Part shown: piece after piece, positions 36,608 to 49,170 of the stretch | How positions within the stretch are numbered: position 1 is the stretch's first letter | Layout of the letters: each line of letters begins with the position of its first letter | Translations under genes and position numbers: made by a program | Notes under the pieces: generated by a model | The model's database searches: none | Told to the model about the DNA's origin: nothing | The model's input: the letters and a program-made list of their open reading frames with translations, nothing else | Source: Callorhinchus milii | Lineage: Eukaryota | Reading direction: 5' to 3' | Assembly: GCF_018977255.1 (NCBI RefSeq) | Contig: NW_024704742.1 | Coordinates: 120,096,001 to 120,160,000, forward strand | Length of the DNA stretch: 64,000 bases

Positions 36608-39320
36608 TCCATTTATAGAGCGCCTTTCACGTCAGGAGGACGTCCCAAGGCGCTGCACAGTTGGGTCATGACCCGAGCAGGGGGGAAATGGTCAGGGTGA
36701 GGGGAGGGAAGGGAGGGAGAGAGGAGGGGGAAATGGTCAGGGTGAGGGGAGGGAAGGGAGGGAGCGAGGAGGAGGAAGAGAGTCGAGAGGGGAGCTGAAG
36801 GCACGGTCAAAGAGAAAGGTTTTGAGACCGGCCTTGAAGGAGGAAAGGGAGGAAGCAAGGCGAAGGCACTGGGGATGGAGTTCCAGAGCCTCGGGGCTGA
36901 GAGGCTGAAGGCCCGACCACCGATAGTAGGGCGGTTGGGGCGGGGGACGTGGAGCAGACCGGAGCCAGAGGAACGGAGGGTACGGGCAGGTAGGTAGGGG
37001 GATAGTAGGTTGGAGAGGTAGGAGGGAGCAAGGCCGTGAATGGCCTTGTAGGTGAGGATGAGGATCTTGAAATCAATCCTCTGGGGGATGGGGAGCCAGT
37101 GGAGGCGAGCGAGGGTGGGAGTGATGTGGTCCCGAAGCCTGGTGCGGGACAGTACACGAGCTGCAGAGTTCTGAATGACCTGCAGCTTGTGGAGGGAGGT
37201 GGCGGGAAGGCCGGCGAGGAGAGAGTTCCCATAGTCCAGCCTTGAGGTGACAAAGGCGTGAACCAGGGTTTCAGCAGCGTGAGGGGTGAGGTAGTGCCGT
37301 AATCTGGCGATATTCCGGAGGTGATGGAAGGCGGTGCCAGTTGTGGTGCGGATGTGAGGGAGAAAGGACAGCTCAGGGTCGAACAAAACGCCGAGGTTCC
37401 TGACTGGCTTTGAGAGGTGGAGAGTGCAGCCTTGGATGCTGATGGTGTCAGCGCCTGAGGTGCGGAGGCGCTGACGTGAGCCAATCAGGAGGGCCTCGGT
37501 TTTTTGCACGTTGAGCTGAAGAAAGTTGTCTCTCGTCCAGGACTCGATGTCGGACAGGCAGGCTGTCAGGACATCGGTGGTCGTGGAGTTGAGAGTAGAG
37601 GAGGAAAGGTAGAGTTGGGTGTCATCCGCATACATGTGGAAGTTAACCCCATGTTTGCGGATGATGTCACCAAGGGGGAGCATATAGAGGGTGAAGAGGA
37701 GGGGACCGAGGACAGAGCCCTGAGGGACACCACATGAGACAGTACGGGGGGTGGAGGAGAAGCCATTCGTTGAGACGAAGTGAAGACGGTGAGAAAGGTA
37801 CGACCTAAACCATTCAAGGACAGTGCCTTGAAAGTTGAGGTGGGAGGACAAGCGGTGGAGTAGGATAGTGTGGTCGACCGTATCGAATGCTGCCGATAGG
37901 TCGAGGAGGACGAGGAGACAGAGGGAGCCCTGGTCACAGATGGTCAGGATGTCATTGGTGACCTTGACCAGGGCAGTTTCTGTGCTATGAGCAGCACGGA
38001 AACCTGACTGAAGGGGTTCAAAAAGAGAATGGGTGGAGAGGAAAGAGCGCAGTTGGGAGGCGACAACTCTTTCCAAGACCTTGGAGAGAAAGGGGAGGTT
38101 GGAGATGGGCCGGTAGCTTGATAGCTGCGACGCATCAAGGGAGGGTTTTTTCAGGGTGGGCGTGATGATGGCAGTTTTTAATGGAATGGGGACAGAGCCA
38201 GAGGAGAGGGACAGGTTTATGATGTCAGTGATGTGTGGGGCAAGAAAATGGAGCTGGGAGATAAGGAGTGGAGTGGGGATGGGGTCAAGGGAGCAGGTGG
38301 TTGGTTTTAGGGATAGGATGAGTTCAGTGACAGAGGGTGGGGAAACGGGTACGAAGGTGTGTAGGGGAGGATGGGTAGGAGTCGGAGTGTGGGAGGGAAG
38401 GGGTGGGTGGTGGGTGGAAGTTGGAGGGGAAGTGACCGCGGAGCGGATTCCCTTGATCTTGGATTCAAGGAAATCCAGCATCTCCTCGCAGTGAAGGTTG
38501 GAGGAGATGACCTGCGCGGGGTGGCGGGGGGGACGGAGGAGTCGGGATGTGGTGGAAAACAGTAGCCTGGGGTTGTTCTTCGCCTCCAGGATTATCCTGG
38601 AGTAGAAGGACGACTTGGCCGAGGCTAGAGTGGAGCGGTAAATTTTGAGGAGGTCCAGCCAGATTTGTCGGTGGACCGTTAAGCCGGATTTGACAAAGGT
38701 GCGCTCAGCAGCCCGCACCTGGCATTTCAGTGAGCGGAGGTGGGTGGTGTACCAGGGGGAGGAGCGGGAGTAGGAGACAGTGCGGGAAGTGATGGGGGCA
38801 AGAGTATTGAGTGTGGAGGAGAGGATATTGTGGAGGAGGGAGAGAGGAGAAGAGGGGTCGGTGAGGGTTGAAGGCCAGAGGGAGAGGAGTTCAGAGGACT
38901 CCAAGGCATCGGTTAGGGATTGTGGGGGTAACTTCTTCCAAGGGCGGTAGAAGATGGTGGTGGGTCTGGTGGAGGTGGGGAGGGGGGTGGAGGTGGTGAA
39001 GGAGATGAAGTAGTGGTCGGAGATGGCCTTGTCGGTAATAGTGACATCCGAGACACTGAGGCCCCGGGTGATCACCAAATCGAGTGGGTGGCCGTGACTG
39101 TGAGTGGGGGAGTTTATGTGTAGGGAAAGGTTGAGTGAGGAGAGCAGGGAAGAGAAGTCTGTGGAGATGGAGCAGGAGGGGGTGAAGTGTAGGTTAAAGT
39201 CGCCCAGGATGATGAGGCGATCGGAGCAGAGGCAAAGAGATGTGAGGAGTGTTGAAATGTCAGAGATGAAGGTGGGAGAGGTTTTAGGGGGCCGGTAGAG
39301 GAGGAGGATTTTAAGGGAGG
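36579..39320 (-). mobile_element. L2 family A, 5'-truncated
   Basis: Long (AAC)n tail; ORF 36613-39078 with complete RT. Confidence 0.95.
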
Positions 39321-40590
39321 ATAACAGGCCTGAAGTGCACCTTGTCGCAGTAACTTATCTCTAGATGAGAATTACATGCTTTGTCCAGGTGCACTCTGAA
39401 AGGAGCAATCCTTCTCTACTCAAATTACTATTAAGGTATGTGCTGGTCAGAGCAGTTTCACAAAATACACTGAACACTTGGCTTTTAACAAAATATTCCT
39501 TATTTATTCAAACCAATATAATTCAATATATATATTCCCGCATTTGGAGCAATCGACGCAACTATAACAGACACAATTCTTATATAATACTTTGATAATG
39601 CTATATTAATAGATTATTACATAACTTTAATAAGGCATAATATCTTATACTTTATAGAATATCTAAACCACTGAGTCTCAACACTTGAACCACCAGGGGT
39701 ACCAAATAGAGTAACCTTACCCAAATTCAAATCTCTTATAAGTCCCTGAAAATTAGAGTTTTTATAATTAGTGATATTAAAGTCAAATGTTAATTAAAAC
39801 TCCAAAACGCAACAACTGTATCATCTCGTATAACTCCACCCCCTCTCTTTTATACTTCAAATGTGCCCATGGGACTTTTTTACCCAATCAGTCCTTCTCA
39901 TCCCTGACAAACTCAACTCCTAATTGACTAAGAATTATCTTCTTCAATCAATCCTTCATACTTTGACAGTTCAAAAAACGTAAACCCGTTAACTGTGGTT
40001 CAGACTAAAAGACTCCCAACAGGACCATAAAATCCATTGACTCACAAAATCTAAACAAAGCGCATAAACCGAAAGCACTTAACCAACATCTTTCACCTTA
40101 AGAGAGATAAGCAGATTGATATCACAATCTCAACAAATTCAACAGACTATCTGGCTCTGAGCACCTGTGACTCCTCTCCATGAACCCAAATATTCACCTT
40201 ATTTCGAGTAACCCTTAACTACCTCACAACCTACATTAAAGGACTTGTGACATACTAAATTATAACTGTGTCCATTCGCAGTTGTAATCTTGACACAGAT
40301 TGTAATATGGATCAGAGAAATGGGTCTGGATAAATCTACTTAATTCTCTGTCCTTTGGAAGGGTATTGTGGACAAAATGATCAATTAAAATCAATTAAGT
40401 CTTGTTAATGATGCTTTACACAAGAATGTACAAGTGGAACATAGTTAATCAGGGTTGGATTAACCTTTTGTCAATTTGGCTCCACAAGTTGTGCTCTTAA
40501 TTTACCCCTTTGTTCAGATATAATGGAAATGTATATTTCATCATGATTATTGCACAAATGGGGGCCCATTTCTCACCTGTACTTTATGAG
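39321..40590 (-). repeat. Possible long LTR remnant
   Basis: AT-rich non-coding DNA; minus-strand TATAAAA near 39850 and AATAAA near 39505 in LTR order; termini not found. Confidence 0.3.
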
Positions 40591-40639
40591 ATCAACAGCA
40601 ACAACTTGGATTTATATAGTGCCCCTCACATAGTCCCGT

Positions 40640-40882
40640 ATTCTAGAGTGGTTAGGATTAGGGTTTTTAAATTTCAGGTTGTAGTTTGTGTTCCCGGACA
40701 CTCCATGTGCTGGAGTTTTGTCAAATTTACTTTGGGTTCATGAATGTAGAATTCCTCATCAAATTCAATTGTTTTTGGTGAGGCCGGTTTCAGCAATTTT
40801 GCAGGAGCTTCATTTGGTCTTTTGGGATCCAGGTATTGTGCCAGGATGTTTACAATAGCCTGAATGACCCCTCTCTGTCTCA
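40640..40882 (-). mobile_element. Penelope-like RT fragment fused to putative 3' UTR
   Basis: GVIQAIVNILAQYLDPKRPNE..EFDEEFY is homologous to 19592-19690 and 22080-22190. Confidence 0.7.
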
Positions 40883-41870
40883 AAAACAGAAGTCACTGGG
40901 AACACTCAGCAGGTCAGTCAGCATCTACGGAGAAAGGAAAGTGAGTTAATGTTTCGGGTCCACAATCTTTCATCAGGACTGGGGCATTTTGGGAGGGAGA
41001 GGCTTTTAAGGACTAACAGAGAGAGGGGAGGCAGGGCAAGGAAGACAGGAGAAAATGGAGTAGAGGCTAGGGGATGATGGGTTACAGAGGTGTTATCGAT
41101 GTAAAACAAATGGGCGATTGCAAAAAAAAAGGGGAGAAGAGGTGTTAATAATGCAAAACAAAGGGGGAAAATTGCAACAAAATACAACAACAACTTAGAT
41201 TTATATTGTGCTCTCCACGTCTCAGAGCGCTTCGAGACAGACAGACCAGGGAAAGAAAAGGTGTGTCTGGGACCCAGATGATGTGGTAATGGTCACAGAA
41301 GAGGGCGAGGGGGAAGGTGAGCTGTTATGGTCTTAAATTATTGAAATCAATATTGAGGCCAGAGGGCTGTAAGGTCCCTAGCAGATAGATGAGTTGCTGT
41401 TCCTCGAGCTTGCTCTGTGGTTCATTGGAACAGCGTAGGAGACCGTGGATGGAGAGGTCAGAGTGAGAGTGGGAGGGAGAGCTGAAGTGGCAAGAAACCA
41501 TAAGCTTAGGGTTGTAGTTGCGGACAGAATTGAGGTGTTCATCAAATCGGTTACCCAATCTGCGTTTGATCTCCCCAATGTAGAGGAGACCACATTGTGA
41601 GCAGCGAATGCAGTAAACTACATTGGTGGTTGTACACGTAAATCACTGTCTCATTTGAAAACTGTGTTTTGGGCGTTGGGCAGTGATATGCGAGAAGGTG
41701 AAAAGGCAAATATTGCATCTCCTGCACTGGCATGGAAAGGTACCAGGGGGATGAAACTGTTGGTGGTGATGGAGGAATGAACCAGGGAGTCACGGAGGGA
41801 ATGTTCCCTTCGAAATGCTGAGAGGGGAGGGAAAGATATACTTAGTGGTTGAGTCACGCTGGAAGTGTGG
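40883..41870 (-). mobile_element. Second Penelope-like family, 3' end (GIY-YIG and 3' UTR)
   Basis: AFRREHSLRDSLVHS, YCIRCSQCGLLYIGE, LGNRFDEH, VSCHF, LEEQQLIYLLGTLQPSGLNIDF. Confidence 0.9.
40943..40982 (-). ncRNA. Minimal type I hammerhead ribozyme motif of Penelope-like element
   Basis: AGTC-CTGATGA-AAGATTGTGGACCC-GAAAC-ATTAACT: canonical core; stem II is imperfect. Confidence 0.7.
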
Positions 41871-41896
41871 ACGGTGGACCGTTAGGCTGGATTTGA

Positions 41897-42908
41897 GACC
41901 CGGGGAGCCAACCTCTCCTTCCTTATCCCCATTTCCCCCACCCCTGCCTCACAACCTGGACCCCCCTCCCCTCCCACACACCCTTCTGTCAACCGCTCCC
42001 TCCACATCGGACTACAAAACGTCCGCTCCCTCTGTAACAAGGCCCTGGTCATCAACGATCTCATCTTTGATGAGAGCGTTGACATCATGGCCTTAACAGA
42101 AACGTGGCTCACCCCAGGTGACACCTTCCCCCTCACGGAGCCCACACCACCCGGCTACACCTCCCACCACATCCCTCGCCCCAACCGCCATGGCGGTGGT
42201 GTTGCCCTTATCTCAAGGACACCACTTGCCCTATCCCCCTACTCCTCTGGCTCTTTCCCCTCTCCCACCCCTCCTTCCTCTCACTTAAAATCATCCTCCT
42301 CTACCGGCCCCCTAAAACCTCTCCCACCTTTATCTCTTATATTTCGACACTTCTTACATCTCTCTGCCTCTGCTCTGATCGCCTCATCATCCTGGGCGAC
42401 TTTAACCTGCACTTCACCCCCTCCTGCTCCATCTCCTCAGACTTCTCTTCCCTGCTCTCCTCGCTCAACCTCTAGCTCCACATCAACTCCCACACTCACA
42501 GTCACGGCCACCCACTCGACTTGGTGATCATCCAGGGCCTCAGTGTCTCGGATGTCACTATCACCGACAAGGCCATCTCTGACCACCACTTCATCTCCTT
42601 CACCACCTCCACCCCCCTCCCCACCTTCACCAGACCCACCACCATCTTACCGCCCCTGGAAGAACTTACCCCCACAATCCCTAACCGCTGCCTTGGAGTC
42701 CTCTGAACTCCTCTCCCTCTGGCCTTCAACCCTCACTGACCAATCTTCTCCTCTCACCCTCCTCCACAACACCCTCTCCTCCACACTCGACACTCTTGCC
42801 CCCATCACCTTCCGTACTGTCTCCTACTTTCGCTCCTCCCCCTGGTTCACCACCCACCTCCGCTCACTGAAAAGCCAGGTGCGGGCCGCTGAACGCACCT
42901 GCGTCAAA
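41897..42908 (+). mobile_element. L2 family A endonuclease segment in inverted orientation
   Basis: MALTETWLTPGDTFP, ISDHHFI; preceded by about 25 bp of minus-strand L2 (41872-41897). Confidence 0.9.
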
Positions 42909-43243
42909 GTAGTGCTTATCCTGCATGCTTGCAGAATTGTCTGCCGAATGCATAGCACATTTATTCCAGTCATCATTGTGTTTCGATAGCACATTGTTGG
43001 CTGCATCAAACAATTCCTGAGATATATTCGATGTGCAAGAAACCATATGTAAAAACTCAGTAACTGTCAGGCCGATTTCTGGGTGTTTTCTTAACTAAGT
43101 TTGGAAAATACTTTTCGAACTCGTTTAACCTAGCATCCAGTGCCAAACCCAAATATTATTCACAGCCTTCAATCACATTTCATTCATTTTCAAGTGCTTT
43201 AGGTGCGATTGCTTCTTGTATAATATGGGTCGTTTTTGTGGAA
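42909..43243 (-). pseudogene. hAT-like DNA transposase fragment
   Basis: LALD..N..EKYFP..V and TVTEFLHMVSC..ELFDAANNVLSKH..DWNKC..SADNSASM resemble the first two catalytic Asp regions of hAT transposases. Confidence 0.55.
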
Positions 43244-43244
43244 G

Positions 43245-46200
43245 CAACAACAACAACAACAAGATTCCATTTATAAAGCGCCTTTCACGTCAGGAGGACG
43301 TCCCAAGGCGCTGCACAGTTGGGTCATGACCCGAGCAGGGGGGAAATGGTCAAGGTGAGGGGAGGGAAGAGGGGGGAAATGGTCAGGGTGAGGGAAGGGA
43401 GGGAGTGAGGAGGGGGAAGAGAGTCGAGAGGGGAGCTGAAGGCTCGGTCAAAGAGAAAGGTTTTGAGACCGGCCTTGAAGGAGGAAAGGGAGGAAGCGGC
43501 GAAGGCACTGGGGGATGGAGTTCCAGAGCCTGGGGCTGAGAGGCTGAAGGCCCGACCACCGATGGTAGGGCGGTTGGGGCGGGGGACGTGGAGCAGACCG
43601 GAGCCAGAGGAACGGAGGGTACGGGCAGGTAGGTAGGGGGATAGTAGGTTGGAGAGGTAGGAGGGAGCAAGGCCGTGAATGGCCTTGTAGGTGAGGATGA
43701 GGATCTTGAAATCAATCCTCTGGGGGATGGGGAGCCAGTGGAGGCGAGCGAGGGTGGGAGTGATGTGGTCCCGAAGCCTGGTGCGGGACAGTACACGAGC
43801 TGCAGAGTTCTGAATGACCTGCAGCTTGTGGAGGGAGGTGGCGGGAAGGCCGGCGAGGAGAGAGTTCCCATAGTCCAGCCTTGAGGTGACAAAGGCGTGG
43901 ACCAGGGTTTCAGCAGCGTGAGGGGTGAGGTAGTGCCGTAGTCTGGCGATGTTCCGGAGGTGATGGAAGGCGGTGCCAGTTGTGGTGCGGATGTGAGGGA
44001 GAAAGGACAGCTCAGGGTCGAACAAAACGCCGAGGTTCCTGACTGGCTTTGAGAGGTGGAGAGTGCAGCCTTGGATGCTGATGGTGTCAGCGCCTGAGGT
44101 GCGGAGGCGCTGACGTGAGCCAATCAGGAGGGCCTCGGTTTTTCGCACGTTGAGCTGAAGAAAGTTGTCTCTCGTCCAGGACTCGATGTCGGACAGGCAG
44201 CTGTCAGGACATCGGTGGTCGTGGAGTTGAGAGTAGAGGAGGAAAGGTAGAGTTGGGTGTCATCCGCATACATGTGGAAGTTAACTCCATGTCTGCGGAT
44301 GATGTCACCGAGGGGGAGCATATAGAGGGTGAAGAGGAGGGGACCGAGGACAGAGCCCTGAGGGACACCACATGAGACAGTGCGGGGGGTGGAGGAGAAG
44401 CCATTCGTCGAGACAAAGTGAAGACGGTGAGAAAGGTACGACCTAAACCATTCAAGGACAGTGCCTTGAAGGTTGAGGTGGGAGGACAAGCGGTGGAGTA
44501 GGATAGCGTGGTCGACCGTATCGAATGCTGCCGATAGGTCGAGGAGGACGAGGAGCAGAGGGAGCCCTGGTCACAGATGGTCAGGATATCATTGGTGACC
44601 TTGACCAGGGCAGTTTCTGTGCTATGGGCAGCACGGAAACCTGACTGAAGGGGTTCGAAAAGTGAATGGGTGGAAAGGAAAGAGCGCAGTTGGGAGGCGA
44701 CAACTCTTTCCAAGACCTTGGAGAGAAAGGGGAGGTTGGAGATGGGCCGGTAGCTTGATAGCTGCGACGCATCAAGGGAGGGTTTTTTCAGGGTGGGCGT
44801 GATGATGGCAGTTTTTAATGGAATGGGGACAGAGCCAGAGGAGAGGGACAGGTTGATGATGTCAGTGATATGTGGGGCAAGAAAGTGGAGCTGGGAGATA
44901 AGGAGTGGAGTGGGGATGGGGTCAAGGGAGCAGGTGGTTGGTTTTAGGGATAGGATGAGTTAGTGACAGAGGGTGGGGAAACGGGTACGAAAGTGTGTAG
45001 GGGAGGATGGGTAGGAGTCGGAGTGTGGGAGGGAGGGGTGGGTGTTGGTGGAAGTTGGAGGGGAAGTGACCGCGGAGCGGATTCCCTTGATCTTGGATTC
45101 AAGGAAATCCAGCATCTCCTCGCAGTGAAGGTTGGAGGAGATGACCTGCGCGGGGTGGCGGGGGGACGGAGGAGTCGGGTTGTGGTGGAAAACAGTAGCC
45201 TGGGGTTGTTCTTCGCCTCCAGGATTATCCTGGAGTAGAAGGACGACTTGGCCGAGGCTAGAGTGGAGCGGTAAATTTTGAGGAGGTCCAGCCAGATTTG
45301 TCGGTGGACCGTTAGGCCAGATTTGACACAGGTGCGTTCAGCAGCCCGCACCTGGCTTTTCAGTGAGCGGAGGTGGGTGGTGTACCAGGGGGAGGAGCGG
45401 GAGTAGGAGACAGTGCGGGAAGTGATGGGGGCAAGAGTATCGAGTGTGGAGGAGAGGGTATTGTGGAGGAGGGAGAGAGGAGAAGAGGGGTCGGTGAGGG
45501 TTGAAGGCCAGAGGGAGAGGAGTTCAGAGGACTCCAAGGCATCGGTTAGGGATTGTGGGGGTAACTTCTTCCAAGGGCGGTAGAAGATGGTGGTGGGTCT
45601 GGTGGAGGTGGGGAGGGGGGTGGAGGTGGTGAAGGAGATGAAGTAGTGGTCAGAGATGGCCTTGTCGGTAATAGTGACATCCGAGACACTGAGGCCCCGG
45701 GTGATCACCAAATCGAGTGGGTGGCCGTGACTGTGAGTGGGGGAGTTTATGTGTAAGGAGAGGTTGAGTGAGGAGAGCAGGGAAGAGAAGTCTGTGGAGA
45801 TGGAGCAGGAGGGGGTGAAGTGCAGGTTAAAGTCGCCCAGGATGATGAGGCGATCAGAGCAGAGGCAAAGAGATGTGAGGAGTGTTGAAATATCAGAGAT
45901 GAAGGTGGGAGAGGTTTTAGGGGGCCGGTAGAGGAGGAGGATTTTAAGGGAGAGGAATGAGGGGTGGGAGAGGGTGAGGTGCTCAAAGGAGGGGAAAGAG
46001 CCAGTGGAGTAGGGGGATAGGGCAAGTGGTGTCCTTGAGATAAGGGCTACACCACCGCCACGGCGGTTGGGGCGGGGGATGTGGTGGGAGGTGTAGCCGG
46101 GTGGTGTGGCCTCTGTGAGGGAGAAGGTGTCGCCTGGCGTGAGCCAGGTTTCTGTTAAGGCCATGATATCAACTCTCTCATCAAGGATGAGATCGTTGAT

Positions 46201-46924
46201 GACCAGGGCCTTGTTGCAGAGGGAGCGGACATTTTGCAGTCCGATGTGGAGGGAGCGGTTGACAGAAGGGTGTGTGGGAGGGGAGGGGGGTCCAGGTTGT
46301 GAGGCAGGGGTGGGGGGGATGGGGATAAGGGAGGAGAGGTTGGCTCCCCGGGTCTGTGTCCGGGGTGGCTGGCGAGAGTGGTGGGGAATGGGGCAGTCGG
46401 TGTGGCTGCTGCTGGACAGCCAACGCCGAGTGCCACGGTGAGCCCGGCGGAGGATTCCCAGACTGGAACAGAGGGAGGTTGTGGGAGGGTCAAGTGGGGA
46501 TAGAAGACGAGAGGGACGGAGAGAGAGGAGGAGAGAGCGGGAGAGATGCAGAGGGGGAGGGTTTGGGGGAGAGAGGAGGGGGGCGGGAGGGAGGGGGTGA
46601 GGGGGCTCGGGTCAAAGCGGCAGCCATAGTGCGCACGCGGGGACCGGGAGCGAGCGGTCAGGTGGATGGCATTATCCCGTAGATTGGGGCAGCCAACCCA
46701 ACAGGACCATAGTGGGCTCTGATGTGAGCCCTGGGGGGGGGGGCGTAGAGGGTTGTTTTTTTTTTGTTGCGCGCGCACGCACCTGAAAACTAATCTATGA
46801 TGTCAGCGGTTCCCCCGCTCCGCCCCACACCTCCCCCTTAGCTGATCTCGCTCCGGCGTCGAGTTTAAATACCTGGGTAAGTAGGCCCAGGCTCCTCCCC
46901 GCGCTGTCCTGCCGCCGCTCCCCG
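43245..46924 (-). mobile_element. L2 family A, full length, several 1-bp indels
   Basis: Tail, RT, endonuclease and 5' UTR, collinear with 30563-34201. Confidence 0.95.
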
Positions 46925-46926
46925 AC

Positions 46927-47247
46927 GAGACGTCTCAAAGCACTTCACAGAATATACTGTAAAGTGAATTGACCGTATATTTTTGTAGATGAAACGTGCC
47001 AGCCAATTGCGCACTGCAGTGTCCCGCAAACAGTCGTGGATTGAGTGACCAATTTTTTTTTAATGAATGAATACCCCAGGTAAAGCGATCCGCCAATCGA
47101 CTAACAACCAGGTTCCTACTTACTGCGGGGTAAACAAAGGTGTGTGGGGCAGTGAAACTTGGCCAACGCTTCGCCCTGCCCAGGAATAGAACCCAGGTCT
47201 CTTGCTTGCGAGGCGACTGCTCTAACCACTGAGCTACAGAATTCCAC
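46927..47247 (-). mobile_element. tRNA-headed Deu-type SINE, tail end lost at the L2 junction
   Basis: GTGGAATTCTGTAGCTCAGTGGTTAGAGC head, B box GGTTCTATTCC, Deu core. Confidence 0.88.
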
Positions 47248-47364
47248 CTGGTGAAGCAACTCTGATGGTTGGCTCACTTCTATTCCTGTGTGACAGGTGA
47301 CGGAATCGCAGGGTCCATGTGCCTTGTCTTTTTGCTGCACTTGCCCTGGTCGCTCGTGCTCGTT

Positions 47365-47968
47365 CCGGTGTTGGCCTCTCGGGGTGCTGTTCTGGTGTTG
47401 GCCTCTCGGGGTGCTGTCCCGGTGTTGGCCTCTTGTGGTGCTGTTCCGGTGTTGGCCTCTCAGGGTGCTGTCTTGATGTCGTCCTCTCGGGGTGCTGTTC
47501 TGGTGTTGGCCTCTCGGGGTGCGGTCTTGATGTCGTCCTCTCGGGGTGCTGTCCCGGTGTCGGCCTCTCGGGGCGCTGTCCAGGTGTCGGCTTCTCGGGG
47601 AGCTGTCCCGGTGTCGGCCTCTCGGGGCGCTGTCCCGGTGTCGGCCTCTCGGGGCGCTGTCCCGGTGTCGGCCTCTCGGGGCGCTGTCCCGGTGTCGGCC
47701 TCTCGGGGCGCTGTCCCGGTGTCGGCCTCTCGGGGCGCTGTCCCGGTGTCGGCCTCTCGGGGCGCTGTCCCGGTGTCGGCCTCTCGGGGCGCTGTCCCGG
47801 TGTCGGCCTCTCGGGGCGCTGTCCCGGTGTCGGCCTCTCGGGGCGCTGTCCCGGTGTCGGCCTCTCGGGGTGCTGTCCCGGTGTCGGCCTCTCGGGGTGC
47901 TGTCCCGGTGTCGGCCTCTCGGGGCGCTGTCCCGGTGTCGGCCTCTCGGGGTGCGGCTGCTGTGTCGG
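47365..47968. repeat. 27-bp GC-rich minisatellite, about 22 copies
   Basis: Unit GGCCTCTCGGGGCGCTGTCCCGGTGTC; reads (TGTAPREAD)n on the minus strand. Confidence 0.95.
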
Positions 47969-49170
47969 TGTTCGCTCTCGCGCTCTCCTCTATAAGCCGC
48001 ACGGGCTCCTCAGTGAAAAGCCGAGCGCACAGAGTGTTACCAATAAGCAGCTTCGTCACCTGCGTCATCGCGTCACTGTATTTTCAGCTCAAGCTCACCG
48101 TGGCCACCAGCGTCAGGGTCTGGTGTCTGGGCGCAGTCCTGGTATTGGAATCTCGGAGTGTCTCTGGTAGCAAATGATACTCGTTTTGCGGTTTGTGGCC
48201 ACACGCTGCTGTTTGGCAACCTTTCAAACATTCAAAACCACAACTCTCCTTGTGGTTTATTACAGTAAACAAATCCACAATGTTTTGTGTCTTCTTTGGT
48301 TCGTGGGTCAAGCAAATAGCATACGATTGTCCAACTGTTCATGGCTTTCTTATTCCAAATGTAAATCGATCAATTATTACATTATTTTTCACCCACCATC
48401 TTTCCATTATAATAGTCATCATCACCTCCACTGGCATAAGAACATAAGAACATAAGAATTAGGAGTAGGAGTAGGCCATTCGGCCCTTCGTGCCTGCTCC
48501 GCCATTCAATAAGATCATGGCTGATCTTCTCACCTAACTCTGATTACCTGCCCTATCCCCATATCCCCTAATCCCTCTATTTTTCAAGAATCTATCAGTC
48601 TCAGCCTTGAAAATGTTCAAGGACTGAGCATCTACAGCCTACTGGGGTAGTGAATTCCATAAGTTCACTACCCTCTGAGTGAAGAAATGTTTCCTCAACT
48701 CTGTTCTAAGAGGCTGACCCTTAATTTTAAGACTGTGACCCCTGGTTATAGATTCTCCTACCAGGGGAAACAGTCCCTCAGTGTCTACTTTATCAGCCCT
48801 TTAAGAATCTTATAAGTTTCAATAAGATCTCCCCTAATTCTTCTGTACTCTAGAGAATACAGTCCTAGTTTATTCAGCCTATCCTCATAGGTCAGTCCCC
48901 TCAGCCCAGGAACTAACCGAGTGAATCTACGCTGCACCCCCTCTAGGGCAAGTATGTCCTTTTTTAAATAAGGAGACCAAAACTGCACACAATACTCTAG
49001 GTGCGGTCTCACCAAAGCCCTATACAGTTGCAGCAAGACTTCCCTACTCTTATATTCTAAACCGTTCGAAATGAACGCTAACATGCCATTCGCCTTCTTA
49101 GTTGCTTGCTGCACCTGCAAACTAACTTTTTGGGACTGGTGTACAAGACACCCAAATCCCTTTGAATACG

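Noticed and set aside
43245..46924. Frameshifts as evidence of an old or programmed-frameshift L2
   Set aside because: Mostly 1-bp losses in homopolymer runs with few substitutions; may be sequencing or assembly error.
47269..48177. Long plus-strand ORFs (VSASRGAVP)n and (GVGLSGRCP)n
   Set aside because: Created by a stop-free 27-bp repeat; no independent coding evidence.
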